DNA of 64,000 nucleotides from NCBI RefSeq assembly GCF_006345805.1, contig NC_043007.1:67456001-67520000 (forward strand), given 5' to 3'. Numbering within the stretch: position 1 is the stretch's first letter; every line of letters starts with the position of its first letter. The notes under the pieces were generated by a model that did no database searches, had not been told where the DNA came from, and worked only from the letters and a program-made list of their open reading frames with translations. This DNA comes from Octopus sinensis (Eukaryota). Both the position numbers and the translations under genes were made by a program. Of the stretch, positions 1 through 13,333 are shown one piece after another.

Positions 1-794
1 ACTCCCATTGTGTTGTTGGTCATCCCCTAAATGTTAATCCCACAACCTCCTAAAAAACCATAAGAAGGGTATGGTTTGCTAGTGTGTACCATGTTTTTGC
101 TAATTATATTAAGTGCCTATGCAATGATGAATAGACAGATACCCTCGTGGTTCTCCCTCTGTTGACCCAGTGGAACAACCAGGATGTAACAGTCAGAGGG
201 AGAGAAGATGGCATCAGTACTTGGCGAGTGCTCATTGCAGTGGAGTAGACTAGTCTAATGTGAAATAAACTGCTCAAGGGCACAGTGTGCTACCCAGTCC
301 AAGAATTTAACCTGTGATTTTATGATGATGGGTCCTTCCTACAACTCAGTTGTGAAATGGAAGTTCTTCCCTAACTCTTTAGATACCAAAGTACTTGAGA
401 CTACCCCCGTTTGCATGATATTGACTTCCTGTTTTAAAGTGAACTGAATTAAAACCTTCCATCAAAATTTCCTGTTAATTTATGTTCCAAACACCAACTT
501 AATAATGATTTCAAATTTTGGCACAAGACCAGTAATTTCAGGGGAGGGTATAAGTTGATTACATCAACCCCAGTGCTCAAAAGGGTGAAAAGCAAAATTG
601 ACCATGACAGAATTGGAACTCAGAACAAAAGCTAAGCATTTTGCCCAGTGTGCTAACAATTCTGCCAGTTCACCACCTTACACCTACTAAATCATGACAA
701 AAGTTTTTAAACTAAAATAAAGACTGTATTTCAACAGAAATATAACAAAATAACAAAACTCAGGAAAGTTACATGATACAAATACATAACAGGC

Positions 795-1160
795 TTTGTA
801 TAAATCAGTGTCTCAAACAGCAATTAATTAAAACATACCATATCAGATTTATCTTAATTTAAACTGAATCCTTGATTGATTTTTGATTTATTAAACTCAT
901 TTACAATACTATTTAAATAAATATCCCATTCACCTTTTTCTTTATTGTTTTTATATTCATTTGCTACTCTACACTATTTGTATAAATCAGTGTCTCAAAC
1001 AGCAATTATTTAAAACATACCTTACAAATTTATCTTAATTTCAACCAAATCCTTGATTGATTTTTGATTTATTAAACTCATTTACAATACTATTTAAATA
1101 AATATCCTATTCACCTTTTTCTTTATTGTTTTTATATTCAATTGCTACTCTATACTATTT
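795..1160. repeat. Tandem duplication, 2 x 182 bp
   Basis: tttgtataaatcagtgtctcaaacagc at 795 and 977; near-identical units. Confidence 0.92.
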
Positions 1161-1460
1161 ACTACTTCTGTTTGTTGCCCTACACTGCTTAGTTTTCCCA
1201 TACCTGGTCACTTTCGACTATCCTTTGGTTCCGACAAAAATCATTTGCTTTTAGAGTATTCATATTTAGGCTAAGACCTCTCCACATAATTTTATGTTTG
1301 ATCCATTTTGTCATGTTCCAAGTACCAACTTAATGTTGAATTATTTTGTTAAATTGGTTCTAATTTTTATTATTTTTCAAAATTAAATGAAGTACAAAGT
1401 ATATTTTGTTTGAAATGTCATTGCAAAAGGTTTATATTCAATTCATATGATACTTTCTAG

Positions 1461-1683
1461 AAATTCATGGAAAAGAGCTTCTCAACCAACTTGGCATCAG
1501 TCAGTAATCCAATGGCTGCAGTAGAAGGCTTGAAGAAAAAATTCCTTGACAACTTTATAGAAGTTCACAATCCACTAAAGATTGCTTCAATGAAGCTAAA
1601 CACAGACAAATCTCATTTGTTTCTTGTGCACCTTCCTGATTTAATTGGATCTTCTAATGAAGCAGTAACTCTGAGAAACAATG
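1461..1683 (+). CDS. ATP6AP1: ATP6AP1/Ac45 exon, first in window (KFMEKSF...VTLRNN-G); upstream exons not in window
   Basis: Acceptor tactttctag|AAA, donor G|gtatgt; 223 nt, phase 0->1; splices in frame to the downstream Ac45 exons. Confidence 0.8.
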
Positions 1684-3416
1684 GTATGTTACTTTTACAA
1701 AGCGGGGGGAAAAATTTTATCAAGAACTGTGAAATGATATTGGTTTCTATGTTTTGTTTTGATTTGATGTATCATTTACAGAAAACAAAAAAACATTTTT
1801 AGTTGTTAATTCATATTTTTCTATCTAATCATTCCTCTGTAATTAGATGTTTGTAGATAAATGTTAAGTGGGAAATATGTACTCTTATAAAATTCTTTAC
1901 TTTTTGCACACTTAAATTAGATATAAGCTCAATTATTTCTACATGAAATCTAAATCCATTTCAGATTTTTTTTCCTAGTGGATATTTAATTCAGTTGAGC
2001 TTACTAAATATTATATAAACAGAATATAAGATGTACAATGATGCATACCAATATATGTTATTATTTGTTCCTTCTCAAGCCATGCCTGGCTTATAAGGGC
2101 CGGTTTCCTGGTTTCATAGGCATGTAAGTTCCCCACCTGGACGGGACTGCTGGTCTTTCACAGGTGACCTACTAGATGCAGGAGGAAAGAGTGAGAGAAA
2201 GTTGTGGTGAAAGAGTCAGTAGAAGTTTGCCATTACCTTCTGCCAGAGCTGCATGGAGTTTAGGTGTTTTGCTCATAAACATGCACATTTGAACCCGTGA
2301 TCCCTGGACTGCGAGTTCACTGCTCTAACCACTAGGCCATGTGCCTTCACATACCTATATATATATATTACTAATATAAATTATAATAATGTTATTGCAT
2401 AAGTAAATATAAGCTCAAACATCAAGTAGAAGTCTTTCTTGAATGTTTGTTTCTAGTCCATCTTAAAGTCATCTTTTATTCTTTTGATTGGCTGCTGTTT
2501 GATAACAGAGCTCATTGTATGTCATATTATGTGTCAGGAAGAAGCTGACATGCCTAGCTAGTATAGTCATATTAATGTGATATCTGGCATGGACACAGTT
2601 GAGATGCCATGGCTAATATAGTCATATCCATGAGACAGCTGGCACATTGTGGCTAGTATTGTCACTTACCGTATTGAATGGTTTGATTTTCCTTTTAATT
2701 TTATTTATAATGAGAATTCTATTTTAACAAACATGATTGTATATTAGCAAGTTTTACCAAGAATTCTAATGTTCTACTAAATGCTTAAACCATACCATTT
2801 GCATCCATACAAGAAACAAGGGTGGTTAAGAGATTTTGTTTTGTTAAACTCTTAAGCAGAATATATTATGGTTTGTTAGCATCAATTTTGGTAAAATAGT
2901 TTACTTTAATGCCTTATTTACAAAGTTAGTGACAAAAACAGCAACCATCTGTATCTTCCAATGTATATAGATTTCCCAATTTGCAAAATTCCTGTCCATT
3001 ATGTCAACATTAGAAAATGGTTAAGAAACAAAACATTGTCAAGTAAAGTAATATGTTTATTTTCATAATTTTATTTCTTACATCAAATTTTCTGTACCAA
3101 GATGTGGGAATGGTGGGGTTTATTTTAGGGTAGTTGTTTTTTCAGCTGGATGTCTGTCCATCCTACAACCAACCAATAAAACCAAGGTATATAGAGATAT
3201 AGATCTTTGCCCCAGGCACAAAAATTTGTTGCAGTAAGGTTTCACTTTACGGTCCTTAGATCAGCTTTGAAAGACATCAGATCCATCTATTAATTTTTCT
3301 CTCTAGATCTTCAACTGCTTCAAGACTTTGCCATTGTAAATATAATGTAACACTATAAAATATGGCATCTTAGTTAAATTTTTTCAATACTCATTGTATG
3401 CATTTTATTATATTAG

Positions 3417-3502
3417 ATGACTTGATTGCAAAGACATTGAAAGATTTGAATCAAAGAGGCTTCCATTATTCAGCTGTGTTAACCGGAATGACTCCTGATA
3501 AG
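3417..3502 (+). CDS. ATP6AP1: ATP6AP1 exon (DDLIAKTLKDLNQRGFHYSAVLTGMTPDK)
   Basis: Acceptor tattag|AT, donor AAG|gtaatt; 86 nt, phase 1->0; Y-S-A-V-L-T-G resembles the Ac45 YTAxxT segment. Confidence 0.85.
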
Positions 3503-4783
3503 GTAATTTCTACAGAATATTTCTGAATTGCAATAACCATTAGCTGTATAATTAACCTATGTGATTAAAAAAAATTTTAATCTACTAATATTTTCAGGTC
3601 TATTAATGTACAATATTGTACATATATTTCATGATTCTCTCATCACAGAAAACATTTAATAAAATTGAAACACGACTGGAGTTGTCTCCTGTATTTTATA
3701 TAATGATTAAAATATCAGTCATTGTCCCGGCCTTTTGGCTAAGATCAAAGTGTATTATTAAGCTAATTATGTCACCCTGTAAGTATTTCTAATTAAATTT
3801 TTGATGGATCACTGAATGAACTATTTTAACATTAACATAACATTTGTGTAATTTTAAGAACTTACTCATCAATTCCAACATCAATAATATGATGAAAGAC
3901 TACAGTGTAAAAATATTCAGCCCTGCACAATTCTGTTGGACCTGGTTCTAAATATTATCTTGTTACTGCTATTGACCTCTCTTCAAGCATAAAGCCTTGC
4001 GATTACTGTCTTAAAAACTTGGTTCCAGTTGTCGAATAACTGGACCACTCCTGTGGGAATGGCTCATGGGTATGTATGTGTGTGTGCAATGAAAATGTGC
4101 TTTGTGGTTCGTGGTGTGTATGGGCATCACAGAGGGAGCAGGATTTAATGTCCAGATATACTTCATGAAGTTTTTCCTAATTTTTCAGGTAAAAGATATT
4201 CCTAATCCAAACGTCTCTGAAAGTGCAGAACAACTAGTCACAATGTCAACAAGGAATGTCAGCATCACCATTGCTTCATTTGAATAGTGACAATCATAGA
4301 ATCTCAAAGATTTGGTCAAGCACACACACATGCACATATATAAATATTGTTATTATTTTGATGCCCACTCTTCCATGCTTGCATGGGTTTGACAGAATTT
4401 ATTGAGGTAGACTTTCCATGGCTAGATGCCAACCTTTACCTGTTTCCAATTAAGGTAATGTTTCTCCATAACGTTTTTTTATAGAAGATTGGAAACCAAA
4501 GACAATGCTTGTATCATGGTGAAGCTTGTTTACGACTATCATACAATGTTAAGCCTAGGAGACAATATCACACACACACACACACACATGTACGATAGGT
4601 TTCTTTCAGTTTCTGTCCACTCAAAAGGTTCTGGGTCAGGCTACAGCTACTGTAGAAGACACCTAAAGTGCTATATAGTGGAACTAAACTTTAAAACGTG
4701 TGGCTAAGAAGTGAACTTCTTTGCCATGTTTCTCTCAAGAATGCATTATGATATCAAATTTATTTTCTTTATTCTTCATTCAG

Positions 4784-4995
4784 GAAGCTGCTGAGTCTAA
4801 CTATCTGGGACGTCATCTATTACAAGCCAAGGAACCTGCTAACCAAAATTCAACCCCTGTCTATTTACCTTATTCCACTTGTCCTTTTTATGCCCAAGGT
4901 ATTTCTCTGGAGGTATTTGAAGGCAACAATATAACAGATTATAATTTTACCAATTTAACTTCCCATAATGCTACATGTAACAACAGAACAGCAAG
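4784..4995 (+). CDS. ATP6AP1: ATP6AP1 exon (EAAESNYLGRHLLQ...NNRTA), with putative processing site and N-glycosylation sequons
   Basis: Acceptor ttcattcag|GAA, donor AG|gtaagt; 212 nt, phase 0->2. Confidence 0.9.
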
Positions 4996-6473
4996 GTAAG
5001 TATCTAATTTATCTTTAGTAGAATAAAGAGTAGAATTAGTATAGTGACAGGCAAAATGTTTTGTGGTTTACCATTTTGTTTCTTTATTTTCTGAGATCAA
5101 TCCCATTGAAATCAACTTTATTTTTTACCCTTCTTAAAATCATAGAATAATACTTTCAAGTACTGAGGGTATACATCATCATCATTTAATGTCCTATACC
5201 TTGCTAAAAAATTTGATTTAGATATTGTTGAGGTGAATAACACTGATAGTTAGAAAATAATATTAACACCATCATCTGGCTTTTGGGTGTTTTTGACAGT
5301 AACCATTCTATTGAAAGCATTCTGATTGGTTCATGCAAACTGTTCCTGTCATTTCTATCATACTTCCAGCTCTCAACACCTACTATAGAACCACCTACTC
5401 CCCCTTTACTCCTCAGTTGAGGAGCTGCTTTAATCTTGTGAGTTACATGGTGACCTCACTAATGCTGGTGCCATTGAAAAAAGAACCCATTGTGGTGTTA
5501 AAAAAAGTTGGCATTGTGAAGTGTATCCAGCTGTTGAAACCATACCAAAAATGAGACTTGCTTTGGTACGAGAGGCCTTGTACAAGAAGGGTGGATGCCA
5601 AATTTTAACATTTAGGGACAGGTTTACTATTAGTCTTGTTCTCTTTCCTCTTACTTAATGAAGAGCCAAAATTTCAGCAACCAGGCATTGCAGAGGGCTT
5701 CAGCTAGTCTTTTATACAACCTGGGTATGTTTTACTGCCATACCTCATTACATTTCATACTTGTTCTATAGAATCTCTCCTTTCATACAGAATAGAAACT
5801 TTTTGTTGTCCTCTGAAGTATATGTTCTCAAAACTTCATCTCTATCATCCTTGAAGCTTAGTTACTATTCTGTTATTAGTTTTACCATAAGCACTAATTA
5901 ATTATACAACCTACGAAACAATTAGTTACCTTTTTCGATGAATCATCTGAGCATTTGATGGTCTTCAGTTCCTAGCTAATCATTACTTTTAAGCTGCTTC
6001 AGCACATCTATAGTTCTACTTGTCTGTCAATCTTCTAGAAGTTCCTCTGTACTTTGTGTATATTGTTTGTGCTGTTTACTGAATGTTATTTCTCTGATAT
6101 TAAGATTTTGTGCCACTTCAAGTGAATATTTGTCTTGGCCATATTCCTAATCAGATTTTTTCATTGAAATTGATTTATATTTTACCTGTATTGAATAATG
6201 TATTCATATTTTACACTGGCACCAAGTCACATATTTGTAATTGATTTACTCAATGCAAGTAATGTGTCTGCTACTATTTTATCAACAGAAGATGTAAGAT
6301 TTATACACTAAATATGACAAAATCCTTACCCCAAATCTCTACAGTATCTACCACTGCTACTATTACGTTGCTTGCTGTATTACGTGATATGAATGTTTGT
6401 ATAGCTTATTGTGTAATTTATATCAAATCATTAACTAGAAAATAAAATAATAAATCTTGTTTTCAACTTTCAG

Positions 6474-6524
6474 TTATACATTCCAACTGCAGTCTGCAGC
6501 TCCACCTCTCAGTGCAACTTTTAA
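6474..6524 (+). CDS. ATP6AP1: ATP6AP1 short exon (SYTFQLQSAAPPLSATF)
   Basis: Acceptor tttcaactttcag|T, donor AA|gtaagt; 51 nt, phase 2->2, fits both neighbours. Confidence 0.85.
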   Translation, partial: LYIPTAVCSSTSQCNF

Positions 6525-7946
6525 GTAAGTTACAGTTTTGTAGTTTCTTGATTCTGGATTTTTTTTTTTTTAATTAAAACTATTGAATAAAATATTGTAT
6601 TCATCATTGTTTTTACATCTGCCTTTTCTATGGCTAGAAGGATATTGAGCTTAATTTCATAACCAGCTAATCTAGCAAGCGAGGCCTCATATCGGTGTGC
6701 ATTGATGCCGTCGAGAGGTAGGCCCCAAAACGGCGCGCATTCTCTCCTGATGACCCCATACACTTGCTGGCTTCCGGTATACGGAGCTTTTGACTGGTAG
6801 CACTTGCATGTGCAAGTTGTTTGCAAGACATTTATGATTGTTTGGACAATCATAGTGAGGCATTATTCTATGGCCAGGTGGTCTTCCTGATGTCAACTCT
6901 TACTTGTTTTTTTAAGTATGGTACTGTATTCCTTATTTCATCAAATTGTTGCTGGACATTTTGTTTAATCCATTAGCATTCAGATGGCTCTGACAAATGT
7001 AATACTCATTCTTTCATATTGTTTTGATTTAATAATGCTTTATCTATTTGCTTCAAGATTTCAATGATATCATCATCATCATCATCGTGAACATCCGCTT
7101 TCCATGCTAGCATGGGTTGGACGGTTCAACTGGGGTCTGGGAAGCCAGAAAGCTGCACCAGGCCCAGTCTGATCTAGCAGTGTTTCTACAGCTGGATGCC
7201 CTTCCTAATGCCAACCACTCCGTGAGTGTAGTGGGTGCTTTTTACGTGCCAGACGAGGCTGGCAAACAGCCACGATCGGATGGTGCTTTTTACGTGCCAC
7301 TGGCACGGAGGCCAGTCGGGACGGCGCTGGCAACGGCCACGTTCGGATGGTTCTCTTACGTGCCACCGGCACTGGTATCACAGCTACAATTTCCATTATG
7401 TTGATCGATTTCGATTTTCGATATGATTGTTTAATTTTAGAGTGACATTGTAGGGTATGTGTGATGGGCCAGATCTGGTCAGTTTGAACATAAAACAGGT
7501 TAAAGGATTTAGGATAGATATGGCTGGTTTAAATGCTGAAGGGTTAATGGAGACAAATATCATAGCTGCCAAGGTGGTGTCATTGTGAACATACACAGGT
7601 ACAAATACATGTATGTGCATGTGTGCACAGGCACTTGTATGTATAACATACTAAGAGTTTCTGTACAGTTTCCATCTAAACTACACCTGAAGATAAGATA
7701 CTTGCTCATGGTGCCACACAATAGGGTCAGTCCTAAAACCACTTAAGTGCAAAGTGAACTTCTTAATCACACTGCCCTGCCTGTGTGTATGTTTTGTTTT
7801 ATATTTATGTGAAATCAGTTGTCTTAACTGTAAGCTTTGAATATGGTATTTTAAAGAAATTCACCTACAATATTTTTTTAATTATCAAAGCATAAACTAA
7901 TCACATTCATTAATTAAAACATTTTTTTTTACTTTCTTTTATCTAG

Positions 7947-8151
7947 TGTTGAGATTAGCTTGAATTCCTCTGACTGGCGCATTGAGTCATTTGTTGTGGA
8001 ATATGAACTGAATGGGACAACTCACACTCCTGGCTTGAAAGCTCAATTTATCGCAGCCCCAAAAGTGTTTTCTTATCATTGTACTAAGTTGACATTGTTG
8101 CGTGAAAGTCAAAATAACAGCAAAATTCATGTTGTAATCAAGGGGTTACAG
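7947..8151 (+). CDS. ATP6AP1: ATP6AP1 exon (NVEISLNSSDWRI...FSYHC...IKGLQ)
   Basis: Acceptor ttttatctag|T, donor CAG|gtaagt; 205 nt, phase 2->0; FSYHC and LQ match the Ac45 luminal domain. Confidence 0.92.
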
Positions 8152-9593
8152 GTAAGTTGAAATATTCTCATAACTTAGTGTTATGACTGAGTAGTAAAAT
8201 AGATTACTATTGGGTTACACTTTACTCTTTTACTTGTTTCACTCTTTTGACTGTGGCCATGCTGGAGCACTGCCTTTAGTCGAGCAAATTGACCCCAGGA
8301 CTTATTCTTTGTAAGCCTAGTACATATTCTATCAGTCACTTTTGCCGAACCGCTAAGTTATGGGGATGTAAACACACCAGAATCGGTTGTCAAGCGATGT
8401 TGGTGGCGGTGGGGACAAACAGACACATACATATATATATATATATACACACATACATATATATGACGGGCTTCTTTCAGTTTCCATCTACCAAATCCAC
8501 TCACATGGCTTTGGTCGGCCCGAGGCTATAGTAGAAGATGCTTGCCCAAGGTGCCACGCAGTGAGACTGAACCCAGAACCATGTGGTCGGTAAACAAGCT
8601 ACTTACCACACAGCCACTCCTACAGTTTTTGGACAGTTTTTTAATGTTTTACGACTGGATGCCCTTCCTGTCACCAGTCCTTTTAGTCACCTCTTACAAC
8701 AAATAGACACATGGTGCAGCTATTCTAGAACTGTTGGTCATGTTGCCTTTGGTAAAAAAAAAAAAGTGAGAGAAACAACACTGAATAATAGATAAGAATG
8801 GTCATTGCTGCCCCACTTTTGGCCATTGGCCAGCTTGATCTGAGTTGACCTAGAGCTAAACAACAATACATAGCTGTTATATATTTTATTACAGATCTCC
8901 TTGATCAAGTCTGCCCTAGGGCTAAGCATCAACAATTGTCTTACATGATAAAAAGAACAGCCCACTTCATCCCATTGTTGTCATCATTTTAGTGTCTGCT
9001 TTTCATGCTGGCATGGGTTAGATGGTCTGACTGAAACTGGTAAGCTGGAGAGCTGCACCAGGTTCCAATCTGATTTGGCAGTGTTTCTACAGCTGGATGC
9101 CCTTCCTAATGCCAACCACTCCAAGGGTTTGATGGGTGCTTTTTACATGCCACTGGTATGGGTGCCAGTTATGTGACTGGGATCAGTCACAACTATGATT
9201 TCACTTGGCTAAATGAGTCTTCTCAAGCACTGCATTTTGCCAAAGGTCTCAGTCACTTATCACCTTCATGTGGCCCAACAGTCATAAAAAACAGTTGTGA
9301 AACAAAATGGTTGTTTAACTCTTTTGCATTTAGATTTCTTTGTCAAATGAATTGCTTATTTATTCACATTGTTTTGAATTAATCACACATTATCTTGTAG
9401 CTTCAAGATTTTAGTAGTTGGATCTCATCAGTTTTAACATAAAATTTAATCCAGTCCAAATGGACTGGATTAAATGCTAAAGGGTTAATTTATTTTTATT
9501 TAATTAGAATATGCGTTTAAATTGATATTGATTGATTTTTCTATTGGAAACTAATTTTTTTACCATTGTTTTTCTTTTTCCTTTCTTTTTTAG

Positions 9594-9806
9594 ATTCAGC
9601 CTTTTGATGGGAGAAATGGAACATTTACCAACAATGTGTGGGATTGTACAGGTTTCTTTTCCATTGGTATTTGGATGGGGTTGATTAGTACACTTATTCT
9701 TGGTATGATTCTTGCATTTGGTCTGTGTATGATTATGGATATCAAAACTATGGATAGATTCGATGACCCTAAAGGCAAAATGTTTTCAGTACCAGTAATG
9801 GAGTGA
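9594..9806 (+). CDS. ATP6AP1: ATP6AP1 terminal coding exon: IQPF...DCTGFFSIGIWMGL [TM helix] ...MDIKTMDRFDDPKGK...ME*
   Basis: Long pyrimidine tract plus tag|ATT; diagnostic Ac45 motifs DC-x-x-FF-x-x-x-IWMGL and TMDRFDDPKGK; TGA at 9804-9806. Confidence 0.95.
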   Translation: MQPFDGRNGTFTNNVWDCTGFFSIGIWMGLISTLILGMILAFGLCMIMDIKTMDRFDDPKGKMFSVPVME

Positions 9807-9945
9807 TAAAGTTTGAAATGATTTTAATAGTAAAAATCTAAAAACAAGCAAAAACAAAACAATCTTAATACAATAACATCAAAGACGAATTTAGTTCCAA
9901 TAGTTTCGATTGTTAGGTATATAAAAAAACAAAATAGATCTTCTC

Positions 9946-9951
9946 AATAAA
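9946..9951 (+). promoter_or_regulatory. Candidate proximal polyadenylation signal for ATP6AP1 (another AATAAA at 10836-10841)
   Basis: AATAAA 140 nt after the stop codon; weak evidence in AT-rich DNA. Confidence 0.35.
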
Positions 9952-10987
9952 CACCTTAGAGAGATATCTTCATAAATCAAGGTTTAGTATTAAATTCTGT
10001 GAATTTCACAAAATTATCTGATCTTAAATTTAATTTGTTTTCTAATGTTGGTAAATTTAGTGAATTACACTTTTTTTAAAACTGAGATTTATTTATTTAT
10101 TTAAACTATTTTCAATATGAAATCTATATTGTCATATATATATCTTTCTTCTTAGTGTTTTTGTTTGTGAGGTTTAGGTTAATATAAGTTGTTTAATTAT
10201 AAAATGCTAATTGTTTACCTTTTTGCTTTTAGTTTCTTAATATGTTTTGTACTGCTGAAAACATTTAGCATTGATTTTAAAAAAAATTGTTTTTGTCACT
10301 ACTAATTTATAGGGTTAATTAATTTCATCTGGATTGTGAAATAATTTGAGTTAACTTGATGAGTCTTCATGGAATGGTGAATGAGCTGCATCTAATTTAC
10401 ATCTTTATCAAGAGAACACCTTCATCGTAAATCTCTTGTAAATAATATTTTAAAGCTGTCTTTTCATTTTGTATCATCGACCCATATTGGCCCACTGAAT
10501 AATATTCTTTCTTCTTTCTATAAAGAATACCTTCTTAACATTCCTACTGCTAGAAGTCTAGTCTCTGCTCAAAAAGAATGTTTCATATTGGCTAATACAG
10601 CTGCAAGGATCAAACCAGAACAAGCGATACTATAAATTACAAAAGTTTATTATTGTTATTTTTTGTTTTGGAGGTGTGTTATGTCATTAGTAGAATTATT
10701 ATCAGCTTAGTGATAATGTTCTGAAAATATCTGTAAAGTTGTCTTTTGTATGTATATATCGAAAAATGTAATTTAATTTTTTTTTTTCATGTTTGCATTT
10801 GAAAGAATTGAATTCCATTGAAACTAGTTAATTTCAATAAAAAGGAAACTCAATGTAGAATTTATTTTTAAAGTTAAAAATCAAAGTAAAAATTAACTTT
10901 TTTTGGTAATTTAAAAGTCACTCTCAGTCTCTCCCTATATGTGTGTATGTATATATATATATATATATAGACACTCACATATATACA

Positions 10988-11028
<41 letters not shown>

Positions 11029-12669
11029 TCATATACATGTGTTTGTGTGTGTATATATATATATATATGTGTGTGTATATGTTCAAAATGTAGATTAATT
11101 TGTAAATTTGCAAAGCTCTTTTTTTTAAAAAAAAAACCTTTCCAAATATATAATGTATAAAAAAATTTCTCAAGAAATAGTTGAAAACGAAACTAAAAAT
11201 TAAAGCAGTTAATTCAGTTAAACTGTATTAGAAAAATAAAAAAAAAATTTCCCAAGAATTAAATGAAAAATTCAAAAGGTTAGTCTTCCAAGCAATATCT
11301 TGACATTCTACTCTTGGAGTATCTAACTGCCAATAGATTGCATTGGACTTTTATTCAAGGAATTAATCAAAGTGTTTTCATAATCAGAAAAGTGTGTCGT
11401 AAGAGAAAAACTCTGTGATTAATTTCACCTTTCTATTTGTGAAATTTTGTAGAATTGGTTAGAGACAAGATATGACTTAGATCAACTCATAGTTTTTTTC
11501 TTGGATCACTGATACAACCATTGTTATATTTCTGGAAAATTGTTGCATAAGTTGTTGATATTGTTCTTTTCTCTTTTTTTTTTGTGAATAAAATAATGGA
11601 GAAAATATTAATTTGCGTTCAGTTGTTTTATTTCAGTGATCTCTATTATTAAAAAGACAGTAGGTTCGGCAGAAGTGATGGCGCTTTGTGACTGAGGGTC
11701 TTACAGTATCTAGTTAAAACTATTTGAAATCCAAGTAAAATGATACTAATTATACATTGGAGTGAAGGCATGTGGCCTAGTGGTTAGAGTGTTGCACTAA
11801 CCATGGTAAGATGATGGTTTCAATTCCCACACAGGGCAGTGCATTGTGTTCTTTAATAAAACATGTCTTTTTCATGTTGCTCCAGTTCACTCAGCTGTAA
11901 ATAAGTGACCATAGGATGGACTGGTGTCTCGTTTAGGGTGAAATGTTGTGATCTCAGTCATTTATATATCATGGAAACTAGGTAACTGGCACTATCCAAG
12001 GACCCAAAACATTGGAAGTCAATCAATCTTCCATTTACTCTCTTACTAGTTTGTCATTGGACTATGGTCATGCTAGAGCACTTGCTTGAAAAATATAGAA
12101 TCTACCTCTTATTCAGTTTGGTTTTTTTTTTCTTTCATTCTAAATTTGAAGTTTTGAACCAAAGTTAGAAATCTTCATTTAAAGAAGTAAATTCTTGGTG
12201 AGCCAACCAAACCTATAACTTTGCTTTGGTTTCTTCTTGTGGCCATTGCACATCAAATACATTTTATCTAAGATGCCATGTGTTGAACCACTAAGTTTGG
12301 GTACATAAACAAGCCAGCACACATGGATACATATATACACACACACACAATGGGTCTCTTTCTGTTACCGAATCCACTTACATGCCCTTGGTTGACCAAG
12401 GGCTATAGTAAAAGATACTTGCCTAAGGTGCCATGTAGTGGACTGAACCTGAAAACATGAGGTTGGGAAACCAACTTCTTACTACACTTGATGGTTTTAA
12501 CATAGAGGATTTGCACTATATAATCTTTTATTCTTAAATATAAAAGGCTAGTCCTTCTACAAATAATATTTCGTAAGTGCTGTTTGTACACATTTGTCAA
12601 TTGAAATGTTCATTTTTAATAAGGGCACTGCTTTAAGCATGGGCCTGGTTGTGTGGTTAAGAAGCTTGC

Positions 12670-12905
12670 AAGGCGGCGAGCTGGCAGATTCGTTAGTACG
12701 TCGGGTGAAATACTTAGCGGTATTTCGTCTGCCGCTACGTTCTGAGTTCGAATTCCGCCGAGGTCGACTTTGCCTTTCATCCTTTCGGTGTCGATAAATT
12801 GAGTACCAGTTTCGCACCTGGGTCGTTGTAATCGACTTAATCCCTTTGTCTGTCCTTGTTTGTCCCCTCTATGTTTAGCCCCTTGTGGGCAATAAAGAAA
12901 TATAA
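12670..12905 (+). mobile_element. tRNA-derived SINE family C, nested in the head of another SINE; copies ~540-680(-), 26200-26360(-), 30955-31170(+), 33090-33300(-), 46690-46880(+), 60965-61300(+), 63200-63300(-)
   Basis: ggcggcgagctggcaga...gagttcgaattcc (B box) then gcctttcatcctttcgg..gtcgataaa..agtaccagt core. Confidence 0.85.
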
Positions 12906-13333
12906 GAAGCTTGCTCCCCAGCCCTATAGTTTTGGGTTTGATATCAAATTGGTTTGTGAGGCATTGTTTTACTGCTGGATGCCATTACAGCTGCTAGTCC
13001 TTACCTGATTTTCAAGTAAGGAGTTTATTATTCTTTGCGGCTTCAAAGTTGCAAAGTGAGTGGATGATTTGACAGAACTGATTGCTGCACTGCCAGTATA
13101 TTGCAACTTTTGTACAAGTGAGTGCAGATGTAAACATGCACATAAATATAAGCATGTATAGTGACTTCACTAGTGCCACAAAAAGCACCCAGTACACTCT
13201 GTAAAGGTGTTGGAGTAAAGAAGGGTAGCCAGCTGCAAACAACAGGCCACAGCAAACTTTGGAGCTTGGTGCAGTATTCTGGCTTGTTTCCTGTAAAAGC
13301 ACCCACCTCATACTAGCATTGAAATTAAAGATA

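Noticed and set aside
8289-8795. Recurrent ORFs such as MTPGLILCKPSTYSISLFC... and ...RPEAIVEDTCPRCH (also 21474, 25820, 35098, 36297, 38000, 45312, 51787)
   Set aside because: Translations of SINE family A copies
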